Shown here piece by piece: positions 29,187 through 39,460 of a DNA stretch of 64,000 bases. The translations under genes were made by a program, and so were the position numbers. Every line of letters begins with the position of its first letter. The stretch's first letter is position 1. This DNA comes from Candidatus Caldarchaeum sp. (lineage in GTDB: Archaea; Thermoproteota; Nitrososphaeria_A; Caldarchaeales; Caldarchaeaceae): positions 1-64,000 of the forward strand of contig JAWBKB010000004.1 of the NCBI GenBank assembly GCA_038831915.1, written 5' to 3'. The notes under the pieces were generated by a model, which was not told the DNA's origin, did not search any database, and was given only the letters and a program-made list of their open reading frames with translations.

Positions 29187-30728
29187 GTGGACATAATGTC
29201 CGAATATGAATACTTGGTGGAGATGAAAGGTATAGTCAAGCGTTTTCCAAACGTAATTGCGAACAAAAACGCTTACTTCAGTCTACGTAAAGGTGAAGTT
29301 CATGCTCTCTTGGGCGAAAACGGCGCGGGCAAATCAACTTTAATGAACATACTGTACGGCATATACAGGCCCGATGCCGGCGAAATATGGGTTTATGGAA
29401 AGAAAGCCGAAATTAAAGGTCCCAAAGATGCCTTGAAGCTAGGAATCGGGATGGTTCATCAACAGTTTAAGCTAATTCCAGTCCACACGGTTGCGGAAAA
29501 TGTAATTCTCGGGTTGAGGGAGATGGGGTTTGTCTTGGACGGCAAAAAAATCAACCAAAAACTATCTGAAGTAATTGATAAGTATGGGTGGAAGATTTCT
29601 CCAGAGGCGAGAGTCTGGCAACTTTCAGCCGGTGAGAAACAACAAGTTGAACTTTTGAAAATGTTGATTCGCCAAGTTCGGATACTGATTCTCGATGAGC
29701 CAACGTCGGTTTTGACACCGCAGGAAACGATTCTACTCTTTCAAACACTCAGAAAAATGGCGTCGCAGGGTCTGGGAATAGTATTGATAACACATAAGCT
29801 CGATGAAGTTTTTTCTGTAAGCGACCGAGTAACAGTCATGAGGGGCGGTGAAACCGTTGCGACTAAAAATGTCACGGACACAAACATCGAAGAACTTGTC
29901 GAGCTAATGATTGGCAGACCTTTGTTGAAAATCTCAACAACTCGTAAAGTCGTCAGAGAAAGACCTGTTCTGCAGGTGTTAAACCTGCGTGTTTTGAATG
30001 ACAAAGGACTTGAGGCCGTGCGAAACATTTCGTTCAATCTTTACCGAGGAGAGATACTTGGCATAGCTGGGGTTTCTGGAAACGGTCAGCAAGAACTTCT
30101 CGAAGCGTTGGCAGGTTTACGCAAACCGTTCTCCGGTAAGATTTTGCTCGACGGAGTTGACATCACCGGCAAACATCCCAGAGAAATTATTTCGAACGGA
30201 GTTGCTTACATTCCCGCTGAAGCACTTCGCTACTCTGCTCCGGAAATGACAGTCGCGGAAAACCTCATCTTGAAAGGATATCGCTCCAAAGAATTTTCGA
30301 ACAAGCTGTTGATCAGGTGGAAGAATGTTGAAGCGAAGGCGATAGATTTGGTTAACAGCTTTAGGATTGTTACGCCATCTATTAACAATAAGCTGGGAAA
30401 CCTGTCCGGTGGCAATGTTCAGCGGCTTGTGCTGGCCCGCGAACTTGGAACCTACCCAAACCTTCGCGTGATTCTCGCTGCGTATCCGACGCGGGGGCTT
30501 GACATCGCTTCGACAGAAACCATTCATCAAGAAATCATCAACAAATCTGAGCAAGGAGCAAGCGTTCTGCTCGTTTCCGAGGAGCTTGAAGAACTGGCAG
30601 CCCTCTCCGACCGAATAATGGTGATGTACAGAGGCGAAATAGTTGGTATGCTGGAGAAAGGCCAATACGATTTCGAAGAAATCGGATTAATGATGACCGG
30701 TGTAAAAAGAATGGAGGTAAGTGCTTAA
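29187..30728 (+). CDS. Nucleoside/sugar (CUT2) ABC ATP-binding protein, two domains
   Basis: GENGAGKST, LILDEPT, LSGGNVQR, PTRGLD. Confidence 0.95.
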   Translation: MDIMSEYEYLVEMKGIVKRFPNVIANKNAYFSLRKGEVHALLGENGAGKSTLMNILYGIYRPDAGEIWVYGKKAEIKGPKDALKLGIGMVHQQFKLIPVHTVAENVILGLREMGFVLDGKKINQKLSEVIDKYGWKISPEARVWQLSAGEKQQVELLKMLIRQVRILILDEPTSVLTPQETILLFQTLRKMASQGLGIVLITHKLDEVFSVSDRVTVMRGGETVATKNVTDTNIEELVELMIGRPLLKISTTRKVVRERPVLQVLNLRVLNDKGLEAVRNISFNLYRGEILGIAGVSGNGQQELLEALAGLRKPFSGKILLDGVDITGKHPREIISNGVAYIPAEALRYSAPEMTVAENLILKGYRSKEFSNKLLIRWKNVEAKAIDLVNSFRIVTPSINNKLGNLSGGNVQRLVLARELGTYPNLRVILAAYPTRGLDIASTETIHQEIINKSEQGASVLLVSEELEELAALSDRIMVMYRGEIVGMLEKGQYDFEEIGLMMTGVKRMEVSA

Positions 30729-31796
30729 ATGTTATTCAAAATTAAGGTCGAGCGAAGAGGAGAGATTTCGCGCAGGTTTTCTGCCGCCATCACCGGTTTC
30801 TTCCTCGTTCTCGGCTTGCTTTTCGCGAGTGCAGTTTTCGCGCTTCTCGGAGTAAACCCCGTGGAAACCTTTTCAAGAGTTGTGAGTGTTTTCACGAATC
30901 AGTCAACATTAATGCAGGCGATTTTGCGCGGTCTTCCCATCGGGTTTGCCGCGCTTGGTCTTTGTCTCGCGTTTAAGATGAATTTCTGGAACATAGGCGC
31001 CGAGGGACAGATGTACATGGGAATGGTGGCTTCAACCGGCGTCGTGTTGATGCACGTTTACTACGGGATTTTTCCGGATTTTCTCGTGTTTCCCATCATG
31101 GTTATGGCTGCTTTCGCGGCTGGAGGGCTTTACTGCACTCTGCCAGCGGTGTTGAAAGCACGTCTCGGAGTAAACGAAATACTGCCTACGCTGATGCTCA
31201 ACTACATCGCATTTCACTTTGTCAATTTCTTGATTACGGGACCGTGGCGGGACCCACGCGGGTTTGGTTTTCCACTTTCGATAGCTTTTCCACCCTACGC
31301 GCGGCTTGAATTCTTCCTAGGACACGCGAACTACGTGGGACTCCCCGCGGCTTTCTTGACAGCGGCCCTACTTTTCGGACTACTCCAAAAAACTCCGACA
31401 GGATTTGAAATGCGTGTACTAGGTCAAAACTATGAAGCCGCAAGATACGCCGGCGTCAAAATCGGCAGCACTCTATTAACCGGAAGCATGATTGCCGGAG
31501 GCCTAGCAGGTATCGGCGGACTTGTGATAGTCAGCGCTTTGATTGGTAGACTTCGACCGGGTGCGGCAGCAGGCTATGGATACACAGCGATTATCATCGC
31601 CTTTCTAGCAGGTCTTAACCCATGGCTCGCAGTTCCCGCGGCTATATTCTTCGGCGGACTGCTTGTAGCAGGCGACGTCATCCAAGCAACCCTTAACCTG
31701 CCTTTCGCCGCCGTCCAAATATTCCAGTCAACAATTTTCTTGATGATAATTTTAGGCGAATTTTTCAGAAGATACCGGGTGAAATTTGTCAAATGA
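30729..31796 (+). CDS. Nucleoside ABC permease
   Basis: NIGAEGQ, NEILPTLMLNY, GYGYTAIIIA. Confidence 0.92.
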   Translation: MLFKIKVERRGEISRRFSAAITGFFLVLGLLFASAVFALLGVNPVETFSRVVSVFTNQSTLMQAILRGLPIGFAALGLCLAFKMNFWNIGAEGQMYMGMVASTGVVLMHVYYGIFPDFLVFPIMVMAAFAAGGLYCTLPAVLKARLGVNEILPTLMLNYIAFHFVNFLITGPWRDPRGFGFPLSIAFPPYARLEFFLGHANYVGLPAAFLTAALLFGLLQKTPTGFEMRVLGQNYEAARYAGVKIGSTLLTGSMIAGGLAGIGGLVIVSALIGRLRPGAAAGYGYTAIIIAFLAGLNPWLAVPAAIFFGGLLVAGDVIQATLNLPFAAVQIFQSTIFLMIILGEFFRRYRVKFVK

Positions 31797-32773
31797 TTGG
31801 CGTCGGCTTTGTCGAATCGGTTTTGTCCGGCGCGGTCGCGGCTGGCACGGTTTTCCTGCTCGCGTCACTCGGAGAAGTGTATGCCGAAAGGTCAGGCGTT
31901 CTCAACCTCGGCATGGAAGGCATGATGATTTTAGGCGCTGCCGTTTCATTCGTCTTCACTAACGCGATCGGGCACGGTGCCGCCCTGTTGATGGTTATCT
32001 TGGTTGGGTTGTTGATGGGGTTTCTTCATGCGCTATTTTCGGTTTCGCTCAAGTTAAACCAAGTCGTCGTCGGATTAGCCATCACTATTTTCGGCCTGGG
32101 GTTCAGCGGTTTGATGGCGTCCGCGGAAATCAGAAGCAGGATAATCCTCGCGTTAAATCCTGACGCATCGAGAGCTGTGCTGGCCTCCCAAGAAGCGCCC
32201 AAGCTACCTCTCATTCCAATCGAAGGCCTGAAAGACATTCCAGTGCTGGGTCCTATGTTCTTCAATCACAACGCCCTCGTGTATATTTCGCTAGTGTTGA
32301 GCGTCGTGATGTGGTTTGTGCTTTTCCGGACTCGGTTCGGCCTCAGTTTGAGGTCATGTGGCGAGAACCCCTCAATGGCCGATACTTTGGGGGTCAACGT
32401 TTACTTGATGAGGTATGTTGCCATGGCGATTTGCGGAACCCTTGGATGCCTTGCGGGAGCGTATCTTTTTATTGGCTATCAGCCCTTTTGGATCGAAGGA
32501 ATGACTAGTGGCCGAGGGTTCATTTCGCTTGCGTTGGTGATTCTGGCGACTTGGAATCCGTTGCGAGCGATTCTCGGCGCCTATTTGTTCGGCGGAGTTG
32601 AAGCTCTTCAGTTCAGGCTCCAGGTTTTAGGCGTCGCTGCGCAGCTTCCTTACTTCCTTCTCATGCTCCCGTATGCTGTCACCATCATTGCGTTAACTTT
32701 ACTATCCATTGAATCTGTCCGTAAGAGAATAGGCGTGCCAGCGGCACTCGGAATCCCGTATTCTCGTGAATAG
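31793..32773 (+). CDS. Nucleoside ABC permease
   Basis: ERSGVLNLGMEG, GENP, GRGFISLALV, PAALGIPY. Confidence 0.92.
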   Translation: MIGVGFVESVLSGAVAAGTVFLLASLGEVYAERSGVLNLGMEGMMILGAAVSFVFTNAIGHGAALLMVILVGLLMGFLHALFSVSLKLNQVVVGLAITIFGLGFSGLMASAEIRSRIILALNPDASRAVLASQEAPKLPLIPIEGLKDIPVLGPMFFNHNALVYISLVLSVVMWFVLFRTRFGLSLRSCGENPSMADTLGVNVYLMRYVAMAICGTLGCLAGAYLFIGYQPFWIEGMTSGRGFISLALVILATWNPLRAILGAYLFGGVEALQFRLQVLGVAAQLPYFLLMLPYAVTIIALTLLSIESVRKRIGVPAALGIPYSRE

Positions 32774-32775
32774 CC

Positions 32776-34347
32776 ATGGACTGGGATGAAAGAATTATTC
32801 CGAAAACGATGAGTTCACAGCATCCGGACAACGTTTCAAGCCCTCCGTGGCTCGAAAAGCCGATAATAGCCGGGGACGATGAAATCGAAGAAGTTTACCA
32901 GAGTTGGAGCAGGCTCGGATGCATGGAGGCTATGTGGGATGCTGAAGGGAAAGATGTTGACCTGAACGTAGTGAGAAAACTTCTCGCGCGTCATGGGGAA
33001 TTTTTCCGGGAAAAGATAATCGGCCGTCATGTCTTCCTCACCTATCGAATACCTAACCCATCGGTAGAAAAAGGAGACCGCAAAGTTTTTTTCGAAACAC
33101 TTCAAAGCATCCCTAAACACTACGACGTATGCGAAGCGTTTTACGGGACGGACGCGGTTCCGCCGGTCTTCGAAGTAATACTGCCTTTTACACAGTCAGT
33201 TCACCAAATTTTCCAGGTAATCAACACATACCGGAAAGCTGTGGTCCAGCTTGAAGACGTTTTTATCGACTATCCGGACGTCAGGCTCAAAGACGTTATT
33301 GGCCAAATCTATCCCGATAAAATAGAAGTAATACCGCTTTTCGAAGATACGCAGAGCATCTACGACATTGAGACGATTGTAGGCAGGTTCATCGAAATGT
33401 CTTCGCCAAAATACGTCAGAGTTTTCATCGCAAGGTCGGACCCAGCTCTCAACAACGGCTTAATTGCTGCCACTTTGTTGGCCAAGCTAGCACTGGCCAA
33501 GATTCATCGGATTGAGAACCAAACCGGAATACCAATTCATCCAATCATCGGTGTGGGAACCTTTCCTTTCCGTGGAGGACTCAACCCCATTGACCTCGAC
33601 AGATTTCTACGTGAATATGGTGGCTTTTCGACAGTGACGGTTCAATCTGCTTTCCGCTATGATTACCCGGAAAGTGCCGTAATTGAAGCTGTCGACAAGC
33701 TTAACAGATGTTTGCCGGAGCGTAAATCCAGACTTGAAGACGTAGACGACGGCATAGTGAAGCAGATTGTGGAAAAAGCTTCTCAGAGGTATCGGTTGTT
33801 CGCGGAAAGCGCCGCACCCTCAGTTGCCAGGCTTTCGGCTTTGACGCCGAGCCGAAGGATGAGGAAGCTTCACATCGGTGCTTTCGCGTATGGTCGCAGG
33901 CTTGCAAACGTAGAGCTACCTCGTGCCATACCCTACGCATGCACTTATTACAGCCTCGGTTTGCCGCCTGAATTCATAGGGTTGAGCTTTCTGCAGCATT
34001 TATCGGAACGTGAATACGACTTGTTAAGAAGAATGTATGTGAACTTGATTGACGATTTGCGCAAAGTAGCTCCTCTCGTCTGCTTCGACAATATCAACTT
34101 ACTGCTCGGAGATGAGGCAGACGCGAAACCGGAGTTGAAACCACTTGCTTCAGCGCTGCCCTACTACGTTGAAGACCTGGAAACAGCGCGAAATATGCTG
34201 GACATTAAACTAGGGCCTCGCACGTTGTCGGAAAGAAAATATAGCAACATCGTAAACAATTTCCTCATATCCTATATGGAGGGAGATGAAACATCAGCCA
34301 AACAAGAATTACTTAGGGCCGCTCAGATGAGGAGATGTTTGGGTTAG
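32776..34347 (+). CDS. ppcA: Archaeal-type phosphoenolpyruvate carboxylase
   Basis: IPKTMSSQHPDN, MWDAEGK, FIARSDPA, PFRGG, TVQSAFRY, LPRAI. Confidence 0.95.
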   Translation: MDWDERIIPKTMSSQHPDNVSSPPWLEKPIIAGDDEIEEVYQSWSRLGCMEAMWDAEGKDVDLNVVRKLLARHGEFFREKIIGRHVFLTYRIPNPSVEKGDRKVFFETLQSIPKHYDVCEAFYGTDAVPPVFEVILPFTQSVHQIFQVINTYRKAVVQLEDVFIDYPDVRLKDVIGQIYPDKIEVIPLFEDTQSIYDIETIVGRFIEMSSPKYVRVFIARSDPALNNGLIAATLLAKLALAKIHRIENQTGIPIHPIIGVGTFPFRGGLNPIDLDRFLREYGGFSTVTVQSAFRYDYPESAVIEAVDKLNRCLPERKSRLEDVDDGIVKQIVEKASQRYRLFAESAAPSVARLSALTPSRRMRKLHIGAFAYGRRLANVELPRAIPYACTYYSLGLPPEFIGLSFLQHLSEREYDLLRRMYVNLIDDLRKVAPLVCFDNINLLLGDEADAKPELKPLASALPYYVEDLETARNMLDIKLGPRTLSERKYSNIVNNFLISYMEGDETSAKQELLRAAQMRRCLG

Positions 34348-34913
34348 CGGGACGCTAGAGCTACTCTTTCCAGTTCGATCTTTTTCTTTATCGCGAAGCT
34401 TTTAGTGTCTTTCTCAGATGCAAGAATTATTTCCTCGGCGAGTGATTCATCGATTGTTCGCCGTGTCCGGAAGCTGTTTTCACGGGCAGCATGCGCGATG
34501 TTTCTCAGCGCCAAGTCAACGCGACGCTGAGGACTGATGTCGACGGCTTTGAAGTAAACAATGCCTCCGTAGCTCAACCTTGTGACGTCTTCAAGCGGAG
34601 CCGCGTTTTCAACCGCTCTCACGAGGGCCTCGACGGGGTTTTTACCGGTTCGTAGATGAATTATCCAGAGAGCGTTCTTGACAGCTGAAAGAGCTTTAGT
34701 TTTTTTCCCGCCGCTTCTCCCCGGCCTCATCAACATGTTGGCAAGTCTTTCCACGATGTTGACCTGTGATTTAGCAAACCTGCGATGTTCATGTCGGCCG
34801 CTCGAATGAGGGATGACCGTCGGAGTTAAAGAGATGTATTTCTTCAGACCTTCGTCTAGAACTTCGATTCCCTCAACGCTCCAGAGCCCGAACAACTTCA
34901 GTTGGTCGGACAA
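34344..34913 (-). CDS. rps7: 30S ribosomal protein uS7
   Basis: PHSSGRH, IVERL, DISPQRRVD, ELERVALASR. Confidence 0.97.
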   Translation of the reverse strand: MSDQLKLFGLWSVEGIEVLDEGLKKYISLTPTVIPHSSGRHEHRRFAKSQVNIVERLANMLMRPGRSGGKKTKALSAVKNALWIIHLRTGKNPVEALVRAVENAAPLEDVTRLSYGGIVYFKAVDISPQRRVDLALRNIAHAARENSFRTRRTIDESLAEEIILASEKDTKSFAIKKKIELERVALASR

Positions 34914-34952
34914 CCCTTCGATACCATTTTACACGCTTTATTTAATTCTATG

Positions 34953-35387
34953 CTACTGCACGGCGACATGTTCAATGTTGAAATGCCTTTTTGCCAGCAA
35001 CCTCGCTATGTTGATGTTTTTTCCATCTTTTCCGATTGCGACGCCTTTATCGCGAGGGTTCACGGTCACGACGGCGATTTTCTTACCGTCAGGTTTTTCG
35101 GTGACACGGACCGGGTCTATGACTTCAGCTGGATGCAACAAATTTTTAATGAACGAAGCTGCATCCGTGGTATATTCAACGACCTTTATACGTTTTCGGA
35201 AAATTCTGACAAGCTCTTTGATTTTTGCTCCATGGCTTGCAAGCGCCCTGCGTAAATCGCCTTGCCTAACTACGAATGTAAGCAGGTCATCGTCCTCTAC
35301 ACAGTCTACAACCGCCGCGCCAGTTAAAGCTTCAAACATCTGAATATATTTGATTTCTTTCTCGGTGAGTTTTACGCCTTCTCCCAA
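34953..35387 (-). CDS. nusA: Archaeal NusA (KH domains)
   Basis: FEALTGA, DKGVAIGKDGKNI; position in the rpo operon. Confidence 0.93.
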   Translation of the reverse strand: MGEGVKLTEKEIKYIQMFEALTGAAVVDCVEDDDLLTFVVRQGDLRRALASHGAKIKELVRIFRKRIKVVEYTTDAASFIKNLLHPAEVIDPVRVTEKPDGKKIAVVTVNPRDKGVAIGKDGKNINIARLLAKRHFNIEHVAVQ

Positions 35388-35393
35388 GCGTTT

Positions 35394-35699
35394 TCACTCC
35401 TGCTTTTTTTCAAGGAGGTCAGAGCTGCCCGGGTCGATAATGCCTATGAAAGATGTCGGAAAAGGTTTTCGTAGAGCCAGCCCAAGCTCCGCCGGCGACA
35501 AATCGACGAGCAGAAGAGGCACGTCGTTGGCCTTTGAATAGATTTGCATTTTGGTGAGAAGAACAGGATGGGATTTGGTGGAAGCGACGACGACCGCGGC
35601 TTTTTTGTCGATCACTTTCTTCAAGGTCTGTCTGTAACCGACCACGTATGACCCGGTTCTACTAACCACTTGAAGAGATTGTCGCAAATCCATTTTCAA
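35394..35699 (-). CDS. rpl30e: 50S ribosomal protein eL30
   Basis: TGSYVVGYRQTLK, ELGLALRKPF, IIDPGSS. Confidence 0.93.
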   Translation of the reverse strand: MKMDLRQSLQVVSRTGSYVVGYRQTLKKVIDKKAAVVVASTKSHPVLLTKMQIYSKANDVPLLLVDLSPAELGLALRKPFPTSFIGIIDPGSSDLLEKKQE

Positions 35700-38600
35700 T
35701 CACCTTTTTCATGACTCATCAGCAAGGTTACCATTCCCGTGCCAACTGGTATTTCCCTTCCAATAAGGATTCTTTCGACGTTGCCCTTCAAGTTATCAAC
35801 TTCTCCTCGAGTAGCAGCTTCCAAAAGCGTCTGGACGCTGATTTCATACGCCGCTCTCGCGAGCACGCTGCTCTTCAGCTTCACAACACCGTGGCGTCCT
35901 ATCTGCCTAACGGAGCCGCTCACAGTCATCATGTCTGCCAACAGAAGCAGATGCCTAATGTCGACGTCAAGCCCTTGATCCTCGAGAACTTCGCGCGACT
36001 CTTCCACGATGGCGTTGCGAGCGGCCTCGATGCCAAACACTTCCGCGATCTCGTATATGTCGTTGGTTTTAATCCGCTTCCAGTCAACACCAGGCACCTC
36101 CATAACTTCGCGGAGATTCGACCCCTCTGTCCGGATCACGTATTCGTCTTTTTCCTTGAAAACAGTCGCTTTCTTGATACGCCTAATACCTTTGACCTTT
36201 ACCGTTGAAACCCTTTCTCTTACCTGCGAAATGTCGGCAATAGATTCTTCATCGAGCTTCACAGATATGATTTGTTTTTCCGCGTTGTATTCGGCGTTGA
36301 TTGATTTGACGGCTTTTTCGATGTCTTTTCGCGAAGCGCCGTGTTCTTCTAGGGCTTTGGGGTCGAGCTGAAATTCGACCGTGTTCTTCTTATAGTTGAC
36401 GACGACTCCTGCTATAAGGTCTCCAAGAGTCGTGTACTGAATCTGTTTAGCGAGTTTTCTTGCTTTAGTCAGGTTGGTTGCGTATTCGGGCTCAAGCTGA
36501 ATGTACATGATTGGTGTCGATGGTGTTCGTCTGGCGTCCACTATTTCGATGAGCCGCGGCAACCCTTTCAGAATACTTTGTTCACCGACGCCGGCGAAGT
36601 GAAACGTTCGAAGTGTAAGCTGTGTTCCAGGCTCGCCAATTGATTGGGCGGTAACTACTCCAACTGCGTCACCGGGCTCGGCTAGAGAGCCTACGAATTT
36701 GGTGACGGTTTCCGCGATAATTTTGTCGACGGCTTGAGTTGGTGAAAGCTTCTTTACAAGCTCTTCCCGTAATTCTTCCAGTATTTTTCTCGGCAGTCGG
36801 TCGGCTACCTCAGCGAGCTTGCTCTCTATGTATTGTTGTGAAGAAGTTTTCCCGGAGGGAATTGTGGCGAGGACAGAGTTGATTATGTTGGAGACCGTTA
36901 CTGCTTTGCCGTGGTCTGATTTCGCCGGGTCTACACCATCCTCCCCGTATGCGAACTGGATAATTCTACCTTCGTCCGCTGTCCTTACGGTTCCGTCATA
37001 GTCGATGTAAAGTGCTTCGAGAGCGTTTATCAGCCTCCGCTGCATGTACCCGCTTTGCTGAGTCCGCACGGCTGTATCCACGAGACCGTCTCGCCCACCG
37101 ACTGCATGGAAGAAAAACTCTATCGGGTCGAGGCCCGAAACAAATGAATTGTAGACAAATCCTCTTGCCCGCGGCGAAAGGTCGCCGGGCTTGAAGAATG
37201 TAAGAACCCTGTTTCGGAAGCCTCTGTGCACTCTTTCTCTCCGTACCGATTGCTGGCCGACGACGGCTATCATTTGGTCGAGGTTGAGCATCGTTCCTCT
37301 GGCGCCTGTTTTCGCCATGATGAAAGCCGAGCTTTCTTGTGAAATCTTTGACCGAATCAACTTTCCGGCCGAATCTCTCGCCTCGCTCAAGATCTTCAAA
37401 ACATCTGCTTCAAACGCCTGTTGCTCTGTCATGCCGGGCGGAATCTCTTTTTCACCCGACTCGTATTCTCCGCGGAGTTTGACGAAAGCGTTTTCGCTTT
37501 TCCGGAAAATCTGCTCGATGTCAGACTGAATTTCAGGAGGTACTTCTAGGTCGTCTATCGCGAAGGAGAAGCCTTTCATTTCGATGAATGTGTTGGCCAG
37601 CCTTACGATGTTGTCGAGAAACTGTCTCGCGAAATCCGGTCCATAGTCTCTTGCAAGCCTGTGTAAAATGCTGTTCGCCTTCTCAACTCCGACTGACCCC
37701 TTGTCTATGACGCCGGCAACAAGTTGTCCGTTGCGTACAATCACTTCCGTGTTGTTGAACGAAGATTTTGTGACATGGTTGAAGTCTTTGGGCAGGAGCA
37801 TGCTGAAAACCTGTTTTCCTGTCCACATTGGTTCAGGCGATTTGATTGCGGGTTCAGGAATTTCACCACGGTATTTGATTGAAGCGAGTAGCTTGGCGAG
37901 CTCTGACTTGGTAAGTTTAGTGTCATCCTTTGTCAGTAGATATAGCGATGTTAGGAAGTCTCGGATTACGCCGATGATGGGTGCGCCATATCTCGGGGAA
38001 ATGATGTTGTTTTCTACGACGAGAAGTTCGCGTGCTTCTGTCTGGGCTTCTTCGCTCTGTGGTACGTGGAGGTTCATTTCGTCGCCGTCAAAGTCTGCGT
38101 TGTAGGGAGTGCAGACAGCTGGGTTGAGTCTAAGAGTTTTGTAGGGTAAAACTTTGACGTAATGTGCCATGATGGACATCCGGTGTAGGGACGGTTGACG
38201 GTTGAACAACACGATGTCACCGTCCTGAAGATGTCTTTCAACTATGTAACCAGGTTCGAGAGCCGTGGCGAGTTCTTCTAGGTTCGAGACAAACTTCAGC
38301 CGAACACGTTTACCATCGGGTCTGATGATGTATTTGGCGCCGGGATATTTGTCGGAGCCATTTCTAACGAGCGACCTCATCTTCTCTAGGTTCCACGGAG
38401 TTACTCTCTCGGCTACGGTGAGTTGCATCGCGATTTCAAGCGGAACCCCTACTTCGTTGATTCCGATGTTCGGGTCGGGAGAAATGACGGTTCGCGCCGA
38501 AAAGTCGACACGTTTCCCTGAAAGGTTTAGCCTGAACCTGCCTTCCTTGCCTTTGAGTCTCTGAGCAAGTGTTTTCAGAACTCTTCCAGACCTGTGTTTG

Positions 38601-39460
38601 GCTGGTGATACGCCGACAGCTTCGTTGTTGAAATATGTGGTTACGTGATATTGGAGAAGGTCTGAAAGTTCCTCTATGACTGGGGAAGGAGAGCCGGCTC
38701 GGATGTTTTCACGCAGTCTCTGAGCGACCCTGAGGATGTCGACAAGCTTATGTGTCAGGTCGTCTTCGGAACGGTATCCCGACTCCAAAGTTATCGAGGG
38801 CCTGACATAAACTGGTGGAACGGGAAGTACGGTTAACACCATCCATTCAGGCCTTGACGTGGTGGGGTTGATGTCCAGCAGAATGAGGTCTTTGTCTGGA
38901 ATTCTTTCAAGCCGTGCTCTGACCGTGCTTGGGTTGAGTTTCGTAGTGCTGGCCTCTGAAATTTCGACGAAAGTTGTTGGTTTTTCTAGCTCAAGCTTAA
39001 GCTGTTTCTCACCGCAATGTGGACATGTCTGAGTGTTCATCGCCTTCTGCTTGATGCGGTAAATAAGGTTCTTGTAGGGAAGGTTGGCGGCTCTAAGCTT
39101 CTCTATCTCTTCATGGTTTTTCCGGCATTCGTCTTCGGAGAGTAAGATTCGGCCGCATGACCTACACGTTGATTTGAGAAGTTCGTAGATTGTTTTTGCG
39201 AAGCCTACGTGTATGACTGGAATCGGTAGTTCTATTCGACCGAAATGGCCTGGACATCCCAGATATGTGTTTCCGCATGTTTTGCATCTCTGGCCTGGCT
39301 CGAGGGTGCCGAGTCTCGGGTCCATTACGCTCGTGGGGATGGGCAGCCCGTCTTCGTCGTAGGTGTCAGGGCTGATGATTTCCGCGACGCTCATCTTTCT
39401 TATGAGGTCGGGCGACAGAATGCCGAAACTGATTCCCGAAACGGATGCAGCGGTGCTCAT
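35696..39460 (-). CDS. rpoA: RNA polymerase subunit A, unsplit (A'+A'')
   Basis: YNADFDGDEMN, CPGHFG, DTAVRTQQSGY and SIGEPGTQLTLRTFH in one ORF. Confidence 0.97.
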   Translation of the reverse strand: MSTAASVSGISFGILSPDLIRKMSVAEIISPDTYDEDGLPIPTSVMDPRLGTLEPGQRCKTCGNTYLGCPGHFGRIELPIPVIHVGFAKTIYELLKSTCRSCGRILLSEDECRKNHEEIEKLRAANLPYKNLIYRIKQKAMNTQTCPHCGEKQLKLELEKPTTFVEISEASTTKLNPSTVRARLERIPDKDLILLDINPTTSRPEWMVLTVLPVPPVYVRPSITLESGYRSEDDLTHKLVDILRVAQRLRENIRAGSPSPVIEELSDLLQYHVTTYFNNEAVGVSPAKHRSGRVLKTLAQRLKGKEGRFRLNLSGKRVDFSARTVISPDPNIGINEVGVPLEIAMQLTVAERVTPWNLEKMRSLVRNGSDKYPGAKYIIRPDGKRVRLKFVSNLEELATALEPGYIVERHLQDGDIVLFNRQPSLHRMSIMAHYVKVLPYKTLRLNPAVCTPYNADFDGDEMNLHVPQSEEAQTEARELLVVENNIISPRYGAPIIGVIRDFLTSLYLLTKDDTKLTKSELAKLLASIKYRGEIPEPAIKSPEPMWTGKQVFSMLLPKDFNHVTKSSFNNTEVIVRNGQLVAGVIDKGSVGVEKANSILHRLARDYGPDFARQFLDNIVRLANTFIEMKGFSFAIDDLEVPPEIQSDIEQIFRKSENAFVKLRGEYESGEKEIPPGMTEQQAFEADVLKILSEARDSAGKLIRSKISQESSAFIMAKTGARGTMLNLDQMIAVVGQQSVRRERVHRGFRNRVLTFFKPGDLSPRARGFVYNSFVSGLDPIEFFFHAVGGRDGLVDTAVRTQQSGYMQRRLINALEALYIDYDGTVRTADEGRIIQFAYGEDGVDPAKSDHGKAVTVSNIINSVLATIPSGKTSSQQYIESKLAEVADRLPRKILEELREELVKKLSPTQAVDKIIAETVTKFVGSLAEPGDAVGVVTAQSIGEPGTQLTLRTFHFAGVGEQSILKGLPRLIEIVDARRTPSTPIMYIQLEPEYATNLTKARKLAKQIQYTTLGDLIAGVVVNYKKNTVEFQLDPKALEEHGASRKDIEKAVKSINAEYNAEKQIISVKLDEESIADISQVRERVSTVKVKGIRRIKKATVFKEKDEYVIRTEGSNLREVMEVPGVDWKRIKTNDIYEIAEVFGIEAARNAIVEESREVLEDQGLDVDIRHLLLLADMMTVSGSVRQIGRHGVVKLKSSVLARAAYEISVQTLLEAATRGEVDNLKGNVERILIGREIPVGTGMVTLLMSHEKGD

